The notes: generated by a model from the letters alone, not told the origin. DNA of 18,104 nt from an uncultured Spirochaetota bacterium (GCA_963745235.1 CAVUXE010000027.1:1-18104); one strand, 5' to 3'. Positions 1 through 10,041 are shown, counted from the stretch's first letter. Program-made: numbers and translations.

Positions 1-71
1 CGAACGTATCGCTGAGCGCGGGCAGCGCCCGTGACTTCTATACCTCCGCCGATCCAGACCATCGCCCGGCT

Positions 72-3000
72 TCACTCTCTGCCCCTCTTTTCCACGCGCT
101 TGCGCTCGAACAGGTAGAACGCCGCCGGCACGACGAAGAACGTGAGCACCGCGGAGGTGAGAATTCCGCCGAACATCACGATGCCGAGCCGCTGACCGAA
201 CTCGGTTCCCTCTCCGCGGCCGAACACGAGCGGTCCCGCGATCACCAGAACCGTCAGGGTGGTCATGATGATGGGGCGGAAGCGCAGCCGCGCTGAATCG
301 GTCAGCGCCTCCTTCAGCGGCATTTTTCCGATGCGTTCGACGACAAAATCGAGATACAGGATGGCGTTCTTTGCCGACAAGCCGATCAGGAGGAGCATGC
401 CGAGCAGCCCGAAGGTATCCAGCCCGCCTCCCAGAATCACGATGAAAAGAAGGGCGCCCACGATGGCGAGCGGAACGGGCAGGAAAAGGTAAACGGGGTA
501 GCGCCACGAGTTGAATTGGGCTGCCATGACGAGATACGCAAGGCCGAGGGCCAGGAGGAATGCCGTGATGCCCGATGTCTGGACCTCTCTGGCCAGGGTG
601 GCCGAGCTGAACGCCCCTCCCCGAGCCGACGGTGACGGTGCTGTCCAGAAGACCCTTGCTGGTCATCTCGTCCGTCAGGGTATTCTGGAAGGTGAGCGCG
701 GAGGGAGCCTTCTTTGCCAGGTTGATCGAGAGTGTCGCCGTGTACAGGCGGTTGTACCGCAGGACACTGATGGGAGACTGGCGCACCACGAGGCCGCCCA
801 GCTGACCCACCTGCAGCCTCCCCCGCTCGGTGGGCGAGTAGATGGGCAGGTTGAGGAGAGACTGTCCGTCCGAGAGATAGGTCGGATCGATCTGCACCAT
901 GATAGGATAGCTCTGTCCGCCGATCTGCACGTCCCCGGAATGCGTCCCGGATGCATAGGTCTGGAGCAGGCTTGCCACCTCGCCGGGGCTGATCCCCGTG
1001 CCCTCCATCTTTGATTCACTGGGCGTGAAGTCCCTTTCGATCGTGACGTCAGAGGTGCTGGAAGTGGCGCTCGTTACATAGGCATGGTTCTTCACGAACT
1101 CGAGGATCTTTTCGCTCCTTGCCTGGAGCAGGTCCTGGTCAGGGGAGACGAGGCTCAAGGTGACAGTGGAGTTCGATCCGGGAGGACCACCCCCCGCGCT
1201 CAAGCTCAGCGTGGCTGAGGGATCATCAGTGAACAGGATTCCCCCCATGCCCTTACGATACTTGTCCATGAGGTCATAAACCCCGGCCCGGTGGGCAAGA
1301 GGAACGAGCTGGACGACCATGGTCGTGTTCTCCGGCCTGTTCACGCCGACGGTGAAAATGCCGACGCTCCCAACGATGGTCTGTACCGTCCTGACGGCCG
1401 GCTGCTGGAGGAGATACTTTTCGAGCGCCCCCGTTGTCATGTTGGTTGCCGCCAGGGTGGTTCCGTTGTGCATAGTGACGTTCACCGTGATGGATCCGTT
1501 GTCGCTCTGCGGCGCGAAGCTGAAGGTGATGCGTGGAAGGACGAGCACCACGATGAGGACAAGGGCAACCGCAGTGGCAACCAGGACAATGACGCTGCGA
1601 TCCAGGAGCCGAGTGAGGGATCTCGCGTAGCCTTCCCGGACCCATTCAAGCCCTGCTTCGGTCCAACCGTGAAGGGTGGTGGTCAGGGCCTGAAGGAAGC
1701 TCAGGAGGACACGGCCAAGATAGCGAAGGACGCCCAGGAAGAGGGGAAAGAGAAGAATCCCCGGCAGGAAGATGAAATGCTTCGTTGCGGCAAGCACAAT
1801 GACGGCGAGAATGCCGACGACTATGCCCCCGGGCCTTCGCCATGCGGTGAGCCCCCATTTCAGGGAGTCTCCCAGCATTCCGAAGCTCTTTGCCAGGTCA
1901 CGCCAATCCAAAGTCCGCTCGGATTCGGGAGTATAGGCGAGGCGCACCGTGAGGAACAGCACGGCTTCCAGCAGCGAAAAACCTACCGCGGCAGCGAGCC
2001 CAAGGGCGAACTGACGCAGGAAATCTCCAATGATGCCGCCGATGAAGCTGACCGGAATGAGCACGGAGAGCAGGGAAAGCGTGGCAGCCACGACCGCGCT
2101 GAAGATCTCGCTTGCCCCCTTCAGAACGGACTCTTTCTGGCTGAATCCCATGACCCGGTAGCGCTCGACGTTTTCCGCGACGACGATCGAATCGTCCACC
2201 ACGATGCCGATTGCAACGATCATGGCGAGCATCGATACCAGGTTCAGCGTGAAGCCGGCAAGATTGTAGAGCACCGGTGCCGCCGAGAGCGCAATGGGCA
2301 CGGCAAGAATCACGGAAAGGGCAGTGTTGAGCTTGCCCAGGAAGAGAAGCACGATCAAAGCGACGACAATGGCCGTGATGAGTATCTCGCGGTAGGTCGA
2401 GTTGAGCGACGCCTGGATGGGCGCGGTGGTGTCATTGCTGTAGGAGACCTCATATCCCGAGGGAAGCTTCGTATCATGGAGAAGATCTCTCACGTTCCTC
2501 ACAACGGCAACGGCATTCGAAGAGGAGGTCTTCTGGATGGAGACCAGGACGACCGGCCTGCCGTTCACCCTGGCGTAATTCGTGGAGACGGGGAAATCCC
2601 GAACAACGGCGATGTCGCTCACGCGCACGCCGCGGGACGGATCGATCAGCGTGTTCGCGATTTTCTGCGTATCAGCGGGAACGTTCTGCGTGGCGAACGT
2701 CAGGGCGTTGTTGTGGCTGTTGATGGTTCCGATGGGCTGGTTGATTGCCGACCCGGCGATGGCCCCGACGACCTGCTGCGGGGTGAGGTCGAACGCCTGG
2801 AGCCTGTCAGGATTCAGGAGAACCTGGAACTGCCGTGACGGTCCCCCGTCCACCTGGATATTGGCAACGCCGGAAACCCGCTCCAGCAGGGGCGTGAGAT
2901 CGTTCGTGACATATGTGCTGACATCTCCGAGGCTTGCCCCCGAGCCTGACAGGCCGAACTGGAGGACCGGGATGGAGGAAGGGTCGAACGTCTGCACGAT

Positions 3001-3423
3001 GGGCGAGTTGACGCCCTGCGGGAGCCTTCGGGTGGCGGCCGAAACAAGGGAGGCAACCTGGTTGGCATCGCTTGCCTGGTCTGTGGACTGCTCGAAAGCC
3101 AGGATCACCTGGCTGGCGCCGGTGGAGCTGGTGGAGTTGATGTCCGTGATCCCGCTCAGGGTGGAAACGGCATTCTCTATCACCTGCGTGACCTGCTGAT
3201 CGATCACGCTCGGGGAGGCTCCCGGGTACGAGGTGGTGACGACGACGTACGGGAAATTGATGGACGGGAACTGGTCCACGCCGATGTTCAGGACCGAGAT
3301 CAGCCCGAAGGCGAAAATTGCTACAAACACGCCGATTGCAAACACGTAGCGCGTCACCGAGAACTTCACCGCAGGATTGATCCTGTCGAATATCTTCGCC
3401 TGGAAATCGCGGGTGGTCTTCAT
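72..3423 (-). CDS. RND efflux permease, HAE1 (AcrB/AcrD/AcrF) family, ~1116 aa; one +1 frameshift at ~614-622, probably a sequencing error
   Basis: Manual translation from ATG 3423 (MKTTRDFQAKIFDRINPAVKFSVTRYVFAIG...) is open to ~620 and contains YPGASP, TM4 GIVVDDSIVVAENV and AATLSLLSVLIPVSF. One extra base in CCCCTCCCC (614-622) shifts it into ORF 72..527, which carries GLSAKNAIL and RLRFRPIIMTT. The proton-relay Asp-Asp/Lys/Arg/Thr positions are all present. The start overlaps the MFP stop (ATGA). Confidence 0.95.
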
Positions 3424-4704
3424 TTGCTTTCCGTGGCAGCGGCGCCGAGTGTCTTCACGATCGAGCCGTCGAGGAGGCCCGGCGGAGGGTTCAGGACGAC
3501 AACGCTTCCGGCATCCACCCCGGTCACCGCGGCGCTGCTGCCGCTCTCCGCGAGAATTGTGATTCGGCGGACAACGGCTTTTCCGCCTTCAACGACATAG
3601 ACGAAGTTCTGGTCCTCATTCGTCTGCAGGGAGCCCGTCGGAATGATGGTCCCGTGCGCAAGGGCGAGGGAGTAGCTCAGGGTACCGATTACCCCGAAGG
3701 AGAGAGGGAGCGCCGCAGGCACCGCTGCCACCATGGGAACAACTCCATTCAGGGGGACGTCAGGAGCCTGGCTCACGGCAAGGCGATGGTCAGAGCCGTT
3801 CACGGTGAACTTGACGGGCGCGCCTAACGGGCAGGCTGGCCGCATCCGCCGGGGGCACATCGAAGTCGACTTCCTGCTCCCTGCTTGCAAGGATGAAGGC
3901 GGCCGCGTTCTGGCTGACCAGCTCGCCCGGCATGACGTTCACCGCCACCAGCCGCCCTGCGTAGGGCGCCTTTATCGCCGCGTGCTGGAGGTTGAGCTGG
4001 GCCTGCTGGAGCGCGAAGTCAGCCTGATCCACGGCAAGTTTCAGCTGGGCGATGTTCTGCACATCCGCCTTCTGGTTCTGGTCCAGTGCGGTCCTGGCAG
4101 CCTCGAGGTTCGCCTGCGCCAGCTCGAGGTCGCTCTTTGCCCGATCGACATCGGTGCTCGTTGCCCCTCCGAGGGCGAAAAGCGCCTTTTTCGAGTCGTA
4201 GCTCGTCTGTGCGGCAGACAGCGCCGACTGAGCGGAGCGCACCTGGAGGTCAAGCCGCGGGTTCGCCTGCTTCGTGGTATCCTGCCCGGTGGACAGGTTG
4301 ATACGGGCGGCCTCAAGAGACGCCTGCGCCGTCTTTACAGAAAGCCTGAGCTCGCTGTCGTCAAGCTGAATGACCGTATCCCCCCTGTCCACCCAGTCCC
4401 CGGCCTTGCGAACCACCCGTGAAACGACCCCGCTCATCTGCCCGACCACCTGGCTCTGCATGACCGGCTTCACGGTCCCGGAGGTCTGATGTTCAACCAC
4501 AAGGGCGCCGGTCTGCACGGGGACCGCCTGCACGGCGATCACGGCCACTCCCGGTCCCTTGGCCTGGGGGCTCACCCCTGATGCCTGGTCCGCGGCATTC
4601 TTCCCCGGCGCGCCGCGCGGTGCGCAGCCAACAGCCATGACAAGGATCGCGAGGGCAGCCGCCTTTGCAGCTCTCCTGAAGATCTTTGAGAGCGTTCTCA
4701 TCAC
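3420..4704 (-). CDS. RND periplasmic adaptor (membrane fusion protein), probable lipoprotein, ~427 aa; one +1 frameshift at ~3826-3831
   Basis: ORF 3790..4704 has a basic N-terminus, lipobox-like MAVG-C, lipoyl half-motifs (SGVVSRVVRKAGDWVDRGD; IKAPYAGRL) and a long helical hairpin. It continues in ORF 3420..3890 (GAPVKFTV...IIPTGSLQ...FVYVVEGGKAV) after removing one base. Start is GTG 4704 or ATG 4701; the GGAG RBS overlaps the tolC stop. Confidence 0.93.
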
Positions 4705-4713
4705 AATCTTCTC

Positions 4714-6159
4714 CTAATATCCCATTGCATTGCGAAGCTGCAGGATGGCCAGCTGGGCGTCTCTTTGAGCGAGCACCAGGGCGGACTGGGCATTTGCCGA
4801 GTCGATGGAGGCGTCCAGCAGGTCCTGGTTGGTTGCCGTTCCGAACTGCGCCTCCGTCTTCCTGAGCTTGAACTTCAGGTCGAACTTTTCCGCCGTGAGC
4901 CTTGCCACCTGAAGCCTCTGCACGTTTACCTGGACCAGCTCGTATGCTTCCTCGACGTCCGTCGAAATGCTCGCTCGAAGCTGGTCCTCCTGCACGCCAT
5001 ACACCTCGGTCTGGAGCCGGTTCGCTTCCAGCTGGTGGCCGACGGCCCCCGCGTCCAGAATGGGCATCCCGACTTTCAGGCCCACGGTTCCCTGGCCCGC
5101 TGTTGTCGTGACCTGCCAGTCATGGATGAGGTCGAGCCCCGCGGTGACGCTCACCGTCGGAGTCGCCTGTCCCTGGATCATGGCGCGATCTATCGCGGCA
5201 GCCTTTCGATTGAGCTCGATCTGCTGAATCTCGGTTCTTTTCTTCAGCGCCTCTGCGACAGCCTCTTCCTCGGTGCCCACGGGGACCTGGGGATCATCCT
5301 GCTCCGCGACGGTAAACTCCCTGTCTCGCTGCCAGCCTGTGAGCTGTGCCAGCCGGATCCTCGCGATGCGAAGGTCGTTTTCAGCGCTCCGAACGTCGAT
5401 GTCCGCGCTCTGGGCATTGATCTGGGCTGTTCGCAGATCAACCGCGGTGGCCTGGGAGAGCGCCTGGAGAGCGCTGATCTGCGCCAGGAGCGCATTCTGC
5501 TGGTCCCGGATCTCCTTTTTTACCGAGAGGTTTCTCTGGGCCCCGAGCATGACGAAGTACGCCTGCGTCACGGCTGAAACGATGTTCTGCCTGCCGGACT
5601 GGGTTGAGAGCTCGCTGCCGCGAAGGGCGAGCAGGCTCTTGTCCACTGCCGCCTTGCCGGTTCCTCCCGGGTAGCCGTTCCACAAGGTCTGGCTCACGCT
5701 GACATTGACGCTGCCGGTCGGGCCAGGCGTCACGACGGGTGTGCCTGGGGAAAAGAACGACAGCAGGGGGGAAAAGTCGCTCGCCAGGGTGCTGGCAGGC
5801 TGGTAGGGCATGATGGTGACCCCGATGCTCGTCAGGGGGGCGGCGATGGTCAGCCCAGCCTGCGGGGTCTGGCTGAATCCGGAGGACAGCAGGTTGTCGC
5901 CGAGAAGCGTTTCATCCCCGAACCCGTAGCTCGCGTTCTCTCCCACGGAGCCCGACAGGGCGAACGAGTTCTGTGAGACGCTCAGGCTGTATTGCTGCCT
6001 CCCTATCTCCAGGTTCTTCGCGAGGACCTTGCTGTCAGCCCCCTGGGCGAGGGCGCCCTCAACGGCCTGCGAGAGGGTCAGGACGGCCGGCTGCTGCGCC
6101 CAGAGAGAAAACGAGGAGAGGAAATCCAGAAACAGACAGATGATCAGGAGCCTTTTCAT
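4714..6159 (-). CDS. TolC-family outer membrane efflux protein, 481 aa
   Basis: Sec signal peptide (..SLWA/QQ), LTLSQAVEGAL start motif, AVTQAYF, two helical repeats with amphipathic beta segments (PTVSVTAG...GLKVGMPILDAG) and C-terminal GTATNQDLLDA. Sits between marR and the MFP gene. Confidence 0.93.
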   Translation of the reverse strand: MKRLLIICLFLDFLSSFSLWAQQPAVLTLSQAVEGALAQGADSKVLAKNLEIGRQQYSLSVSQNSFALSGSVGENASYGFGDETLLGDNLLSSGFSQTPQAGLTIAAPLTSIGVTIMPYQPASTLASDFSPLLSFFSPGTPVVTPGPTGSVNVSVSQTLWNGYPGGTGKAAVDKSLLALRGSELSTQSGRQNIVSAVTQAYFVMLGAQRNLSVKKEIRDQQNALLAQISALQALSQATAVDLRTAQINAQSADIDVRSAENDLRIARIRLAQLTGWQRDREFTVAEQDDPQVPVGTEEEAVAEALKKRTEIQQIELNRKAAAIDRAMIQGQATPTVSVTAGLDLIHDWQVTTTAGQGTVGLKVGMPILDAGAVGHQLEANRLQTEVYGVQEDQLRASISTDVEEAYELVQVNVQRLQVARLTAEKFDLKFKLRKTEAQFGTATNQDLLDASIDSANAQSALVLAQRDAQLAILQLRNAMGY

Positions 6160-6185
6160 GATAATCCCTCGATGCTCATCCCGCT

Positions 6186-6647
6186 CTACTTCTTCTTGAG
6201 GGCATTCAGCTCTTCTTTCAGAAACTCCTTGAGCTTCCGGAACATGCGCAGCGATGCCGCGCGATCGCTTTCGGAGACGCGCTCCAGGAATCGCTGCATT
6301 GTGTCCTGCAGCCTTTTGTCGACCACGGAGAGCTTCTTCTCGCCGGCCGCAGTCAGAGCGAGCAGGACGACCCTCCTGTCGTTTTCATCGAACTTGCGCT
6401 CGACGAGCCCGAGGTGAATCAGTCTGTCGACGATTCCCGTTGCGGCAGCGGGTGTCAGGAACTGCATGGTGGCGATGTCGGACATCCTGCACATCCGGTC
6501 CTGGTCCTTGAGCATCTTCAGCGTCATGGCCTGGTGTGCGGTAATGCCCTCCGCGCTGACGATGTTCTCCAGATGGCGGGCGAAGAGCGGGCTGATCTCG
6601 CTCTGGACTTCGAAGAACTCCTGGAGACTTGCCCTGCCCTCGGTCAT
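6186..6647 (-). CDS. MarR-family transcriptional regulator, 153 aa
   Basis: GITAHQAMTL...TPAAATGIVDRLIHLGLVERKFDENDRRVVLLALTAAG is a winged HTH with the DRR motif. First gene of the efflux operon. Confidence 0.95.
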   Translation of the reverse strand: MTEGRASLQEFFEVQSEISPLFARHLENIVSAEGITAHQAMTLKMLKDQDRMCRMSDIATMQFLTPAAATGIVDRLIHLGLVERKFDENDRRVVLLALTAAGEKKLSVVDKRLQDTMQRFLERVSESDRAASLRMFRKLKEFLKEELNALKKK

Positions 6648-6680
6648 GGTTCTCCCCCGCGCAAATACTTCATACTATTA

Positions 6681-6709
6681 AAGGTACACTATATTGATTA
6701 TTCCTGCAA
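6681..6709 (-). promoter_or_regulatory. Putative sigma70 promoter of the marR-efflux operon
   Basis: Minus strand TTGCAG (6709-6704), 17 nt, TACCTT (6686-6681) in an AT-rich island upstream of the marR RBS. Other -10-like hexamers overlap, so the exact register is uncertain. Confidence 0.5.
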
Positions 6710-6768
6710 TGGAATGTTCGTGAGATTCATGATACCGGTCACGGGAAGAGTCTCTGTTCCTGTCGTCC

Positions 6769-7622
6769 TTAACTCTTCACCGAGCCGGCGGTCATTCCCG
6801 CAAGGAAGTACCTCTGGGCCACCAGGAAAATGACCAGGATGGGCAGCGACCCGAAAAGGCTCATCGCCATCATCTGGTTCCACTCGTAGGCGTGCTGCCC
6901 CATCAACAACTGGATCCCGATGGGTACGGTGCGCATCTCCGTGGACTTGGTGAGCGTGAGGGCGAACAGGAACTCGTTCCAGGCCAGAAGAAACGTATAG
7001 ACGCCGGTGGCGACAACCCCGGGGACCGAGATGGGCACCAGGACGCGCCAGAGCGCGAAGAAGTTCGAACCTCCGTCCACCTTCACCGCATCATCGAGCT
7101 CCCTTGGCAGAGTGTTGAAGTAGCCCGTCATCATCAGGATGGCATACGGCAACGTGAACACCATGTAGGTCAGGATCAGCGCAAGATAGGTGTCGTACAG
7201 TCCAAAAACGACCACGATCCCGAAATAGGGAATCATGAGAGTGATGGGAGGAACCGTCTGGGTGCTGATGATGAAAAGGTTCAGCGGCTTCTTCAGCCCG
7301 AAGGTGTGACGGCTGAAGCTGTACCCGGCCACGATGGCCACGAGCAGTGTGAGGACGTGACGGAGGTCGCCACGAGGTAGCTGTTGAGAAAGAACCTGAT
7401 TTTCTCGGGATCGCTGAAGATGGCGTTGTAGGCAACCAGAGTGAACACCTTCGGGAAGATCCTTGGCGGGTACGAGAAGATCTCCGTGTTGGACCTGATG
7501 GAGCAGACGAGCATCCAGAGCACCGGGAAGCTCGCAAACACCAGGCCGACGGCCAAGCCTGCCGAGGTGCCGGCGAGAGTGGCCCATTTGCGCGGATGAC
7601 TGCGTCGGGCGGCCTTTGCCAT
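6769..7622 (-). CDS. Carbohydrate ABC transporter permease (MalG-like), ~284 aa; one -1 frameshift at ~7357
   Basis: The N-half in ORF 7293..7622 (FPVLWMLVCSIRS...FFLNSYLVATSVT) joins the C-half in ORF 6769..8166 (VLTLLVAIVAGYSFSR...LPRELDDAVKVDGG...FLLAWNEFLFALTL) by restoring one base. EAA-loop equivalent present. Confidence 0.93.
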
Positions 7623-7625
7623 ACC

Positions 7626-8546
7626 CTAGTCTTCCGCCCGCTGGTGTCGGACGTAGAAGAACGCCACGCACATGGAAAGGATGAGAACGACGACCGCGCT
7701 TGCCGAAGCGAGGGAGAACTGCAGATTGGCGAACGCAAGCTTGTAGGTGTAGGTTCCGAGCACCTCGGTAGTGTGGAGGGGGCCGCCTCCCGTGGTCATC
7801 CAGATGAGCGGGAAGACCTGCATGGTCCAGATGAAGTCGAGCATGGCAATGCTTTTGATGATCGGCGAGAGCTTCGGGACTGTGATGTACCAGAACTTCT
7901 GGGGCTCGTTGGCCCCATCGATAGTGGAGGCCTCGTACAGCTCGTTGGGGATCCCCTGCAGGCCGGCGAGAAGGCTGACCATGTAGAAGGGATACCCGGC
8001 CCAGATGTTCACAAACGTGACCGCGTGAAGCGCGAGGTTGGGATCCGAGAACCACGCAACCTCGCTGTTCGTAATGTGCAGGACCCTCACGACATAGGTA
8101 ACGACGCCGCTGGGATCCAGGAGCACGCGCCACATGATTGCGATGATGGTGGCGGTGAACACCCATGGCATGATGTAGAAGACCCTGAGCAGGCCCCTGA
8201 CGAGCGGGTGCACCACGCGGGAGTTCAACAGCAGGGCGAACGCCAGGCCGAGAAGCAGGTGGAAGATCACGCTCATCACCGTGAAATAGAGGATGTTGCC
8301 CAGCGCTATCCAGAACGTCGGGTCAGCAAGGATGGTGATGTAGTTCTGAAGCCCCACGAACACGGGGTGCGGCCTCATTATGACGCTGTCCAAAAGGGAA
8401 TAACGGACAACGGTGATGATAGGGATGAGCATGAGCAGGGCAAGGAGGATGAGCGTCGGTGACTGATAGAGATACGGGACAAGGGCGTCCTTCGCTCTAT
8501 AGGAAAGGAACGGTTGGTACGCCTGATCTCTCTGGCTCACTGCCAT
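7626..8546 (-). CDS. Carbohydrate ABC transporter permease (MalF-like), 306 aa
   Basis: FVGLQNY motif, multiple TM segments, EAA loop LQGIPNELYEASTIDGA, and MTTGGGP. Confidence 0.95.
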   Translation of the reverse strand: MAVSQRDQAYQPFLSYRAKDALVPYLYQSPTLILLALLMLIPIITVVRYSLLDSVIMRPHPVFVGLQNYITILADPTFWIALGNILYFTVMSVIFHLLLGLAFALLLNSRVVHPLVRGLLRVFYIMPWVFTATIIAIMWRVLLDPSGVVTYVVRVLHITNSEVAWFSDPNLALHAVTFVNIWAGYPFYMVSLLAGLQGIPNELYEASTIDGANEPQKFWYITVPKLSPIIKSIAMLDFIWTMQVFPLIWMTTGGGPLHTTEVLGTYTYKLAFANLQFSLASASAVVVLILSMCVAFFYVRHQRAED

Positions 8547-8572
8547 ACCTCTCTCTTGCGTTCGTCATGGAA

Positions 8573-8601
8573 GGCTACGCAATACGGTGTATTGCGTAGC
8601 C
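8573..8601. other. Perfect 13-bp intergenic stem-loop between the binding-protein and permease genes
   Basis: GGCTACGCAATAC-GGT-GTATTGCGTAGCC. No long U tract follows on the transcribed (minus) strand. Confidence 0.85.
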
Positions 8602-8627
8602 GAAGGAACCATCTTTGACAAAACGCC

Positions 8628-9863
8628 CTAGAACGACTTTACCCATTCTGCCTGAGCTTTGGCGGTTGCCTGCTCGGCGGTCTGCTTGCCATCGAGCATG
8701 AGCTGGATCTGCTCGTCGAATTCCCTCATCAACTGCTCTGCCACGGGAAGGCCCGTGAACTCGTTGGCGAGGTATCCGGACTTGAAGATCTGGAATGCCT
8801 TGGCATAGATGGCATCCGACGTAATGTAGGCGGGCTTCGCGTTCACGTTGCCGGGGAACGCATGGGCCAGGGTGACGAGCTTCCCGTTCACCTCTGGGCT
8901 CATCAGATACGATACCAGCTTCCATGCCTCAGCTTTGTGCTTGCTCTTCTCCGCGATGCCGATGCCCCAGGCGGCGTATGGAAGGCCGCGTTTGCCGGTA
9001 TAACCATCGGGGGCCGGAAGGGCGGAAATATCGAACTTCGTGCTGGGGTTGCGCTCGCGCATCATGTTCACCATTGCGAGAGAGCTTATCATCATGCCGA
9101 CACGACCGTTGACGAACGACTCCAGCTTGTCCTGCTCCAGCATCGAGAAGGCCCCGGGCGCAACGACGCCCGCCTTGTACATGGAATCAATGTAGTTCAG
9201 CGTGCTGATCACCGCGGGGTTGGTCAGGTCAGGCTGGCCGTCCTTGAGCATGCTTTTCCCGGCAGCCCAGACCCAGGACATGACGTCGTTCTGGACACCG
9301 TTGGGAAGCTGAAGAGCGAGCGGCAGCGCCCAGCCATACTGATTCTTCGATGGATTGGTCAGCTTTTTTGCATCCTCGAAGAACTCCGTCCGGTTGGTCG
9401 GCGGATGTTTGATACCGGCGGCCTTGAACATGTCGAGGTTGTAGAAGACAGGGTAGACGAATGAGGCCACCGGGAACATGTAGCTCTTTCCATCCACTTT
9501 GATGATGGCTGCAACCTGCTTGGGATCGAAGTTGGTGGAAGCCATGAGGGGGTCGAGCGGCGTGATTGCCCCCTGCTTGGCCAGATCGTTCACCCACGCG
9601 CCGTCAAGACCCACGACGTCGCTGAGCGTGCCGGTTGCTGCGCCGGCGACAATCTGGTCATGAGTATTGGCGTACGGGCCGCTGATGAGCTTTACCTTTA
9701 TGTCGGGATTCTGAGCTTCGAACTGGTCCATCAGCGCCTGGAACGAGCCTGCTGGCATCTGCGGCTCCCACCACTGGATGAACTCGATCGTCACTGGGGC
9801 GGCAGCCGCCCCGCATGCGGAAATGACGATGAATGCGAAAAGCAATACGAGAGTTCTCTTCAT
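8628..9863 (-). CDS. Sugar ABC transporter substrate-binding protein (CUT1, family 1), 411 aa
   Basis: Start reassigned to ATG 9863 after RBS AAAGGAG. Signal peptide MKRTLVLLFAFIVISACGAAAA, then FEAQNPDIKVKL, FYNLDMFKAAGI, FVNGRVGM and EAWKLVSYL. Confidence 0.95.
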   Translation of the reverse strand: MKRTLVLLFAFIVISACGAAAAPVTIEFIQWWEPQMPAGSFQALMDQFEAQNPDIKVKLISGPYANTHDQIVAGAATGTLSDVVGLDGAWVNDLAKQGAITPLDPLMASTNFDPKQVAAIIKVDGKSYMFPVASFVYPVFYNLDMFKAAGIKHPPTNRTEFFEDAKKLTNPSKNQYGWALPLALQLPNGVQNDVMSWVWAAGKSMLKDGQPDLTNPAVISTLNYIDSMYKAGVVAPGAFSMLEQDKLESFVNGRVGMMISSLAMVNMMRERNPSTKFDISALPAPDGYTGKRGLPYAAWGIGIAEKSKHKAEAWKLVSYLMSPEVNGKLVTLAHAFPGNVNAKPAYITSDAIYAKAFQIFKSGYLANEFTGLPVAEQLMREFDEQIQLMLDGKQTAEQATAKAQAEWVKSF

Positions 9864-9926
9864 GCTCTTCTCCTTTCGGTAGTTTGGGCGATCTACCCCA
9901 TATTCCGGTAGCATCACCGATATCTG

Positions 9927-9955
9927 ATTATGAATCCACTCTGCCGTCGTGTCAA
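9927..9955 (-). promoter_or_regulatory. Sigma70 promoter for the ABC importer operon
   Basis: Minus strand TTGACA (9955-9950), 17 nt, CATAAT (9932-9927), preceded by an AT-rich UP-like tract. Confidence 0.8.
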
Positions 9956-9984
9956 GAAAAATATGAAAGTATATTAACATTTTT

Positions 9985-10010
9985 TTTGTCCATATTTATC
10001 CGATTTAGTC
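9985..10010. repeat. Three 10-bp-phased degenerate direct repeats, candidate DeoR operator
   Basis: TTTGTC (9985), TTTATC (9995) and TTAGTC (10005) lie between the two divergent -35 boxes. Confidence 0.35.
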
Positions 10011-10012
10011 GG

Positions 10013-10041
10013 TTGACTCGATATTGATCATCTGATATGCT
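10013..10041 (+). promoter_or_regulatory. Sigma70 promoter with extended -10 for the catabolic operon
   Basis: TTGACT (10013-10018), 17 nt, TATGCT (10036-10041), with TG at 10033-10034. Confidence 0.8.

Noticed and set aside
1-45. Possible end of a convergent plus-strand gene (CGAACGTATCGCTGA) and a short hairpin at ~17-33
   Set aside because: Only 4 codons and a 7-bp imperfect stem at the window edge; not supportable.
1291-2838. 515-aa plus-strand ORF and other long antisense ORFs (511-1014, 3733-4422, 4765-5577, 7596-8462, 12258-13289, 14096-14953)
   Set aside because: In-register antisense shadows of real high-GC genes, with no recognisable motifs or RBS.
6648-6700. MarR operator palindrome around TTCATACTATTAA
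   Set aside because: Symmetry is weak and expected in AT-rich DNA; an operator is likely nearby but cannot be pinned down.
6769-8166. 465-aa ORF as an extended or fused permease
   Set aside because: Artefact of the -1 frameshift at ~7357; its N-terminal part is an off-frame reading of the two permease genes.
6769-9863. ABC importer lacking an ATPase gene
   Set aside because: Common for CUT1 systems, which share an MsmK/MsiK/MalK-type ATPase encoded elsewhere.
9798-9863. Binding-protein signal has both a lipobox-like ISA-C and an AxA signal peptidase I site
   Set aside because: Cannot be resolved by eye, and either outcome is ordinary.
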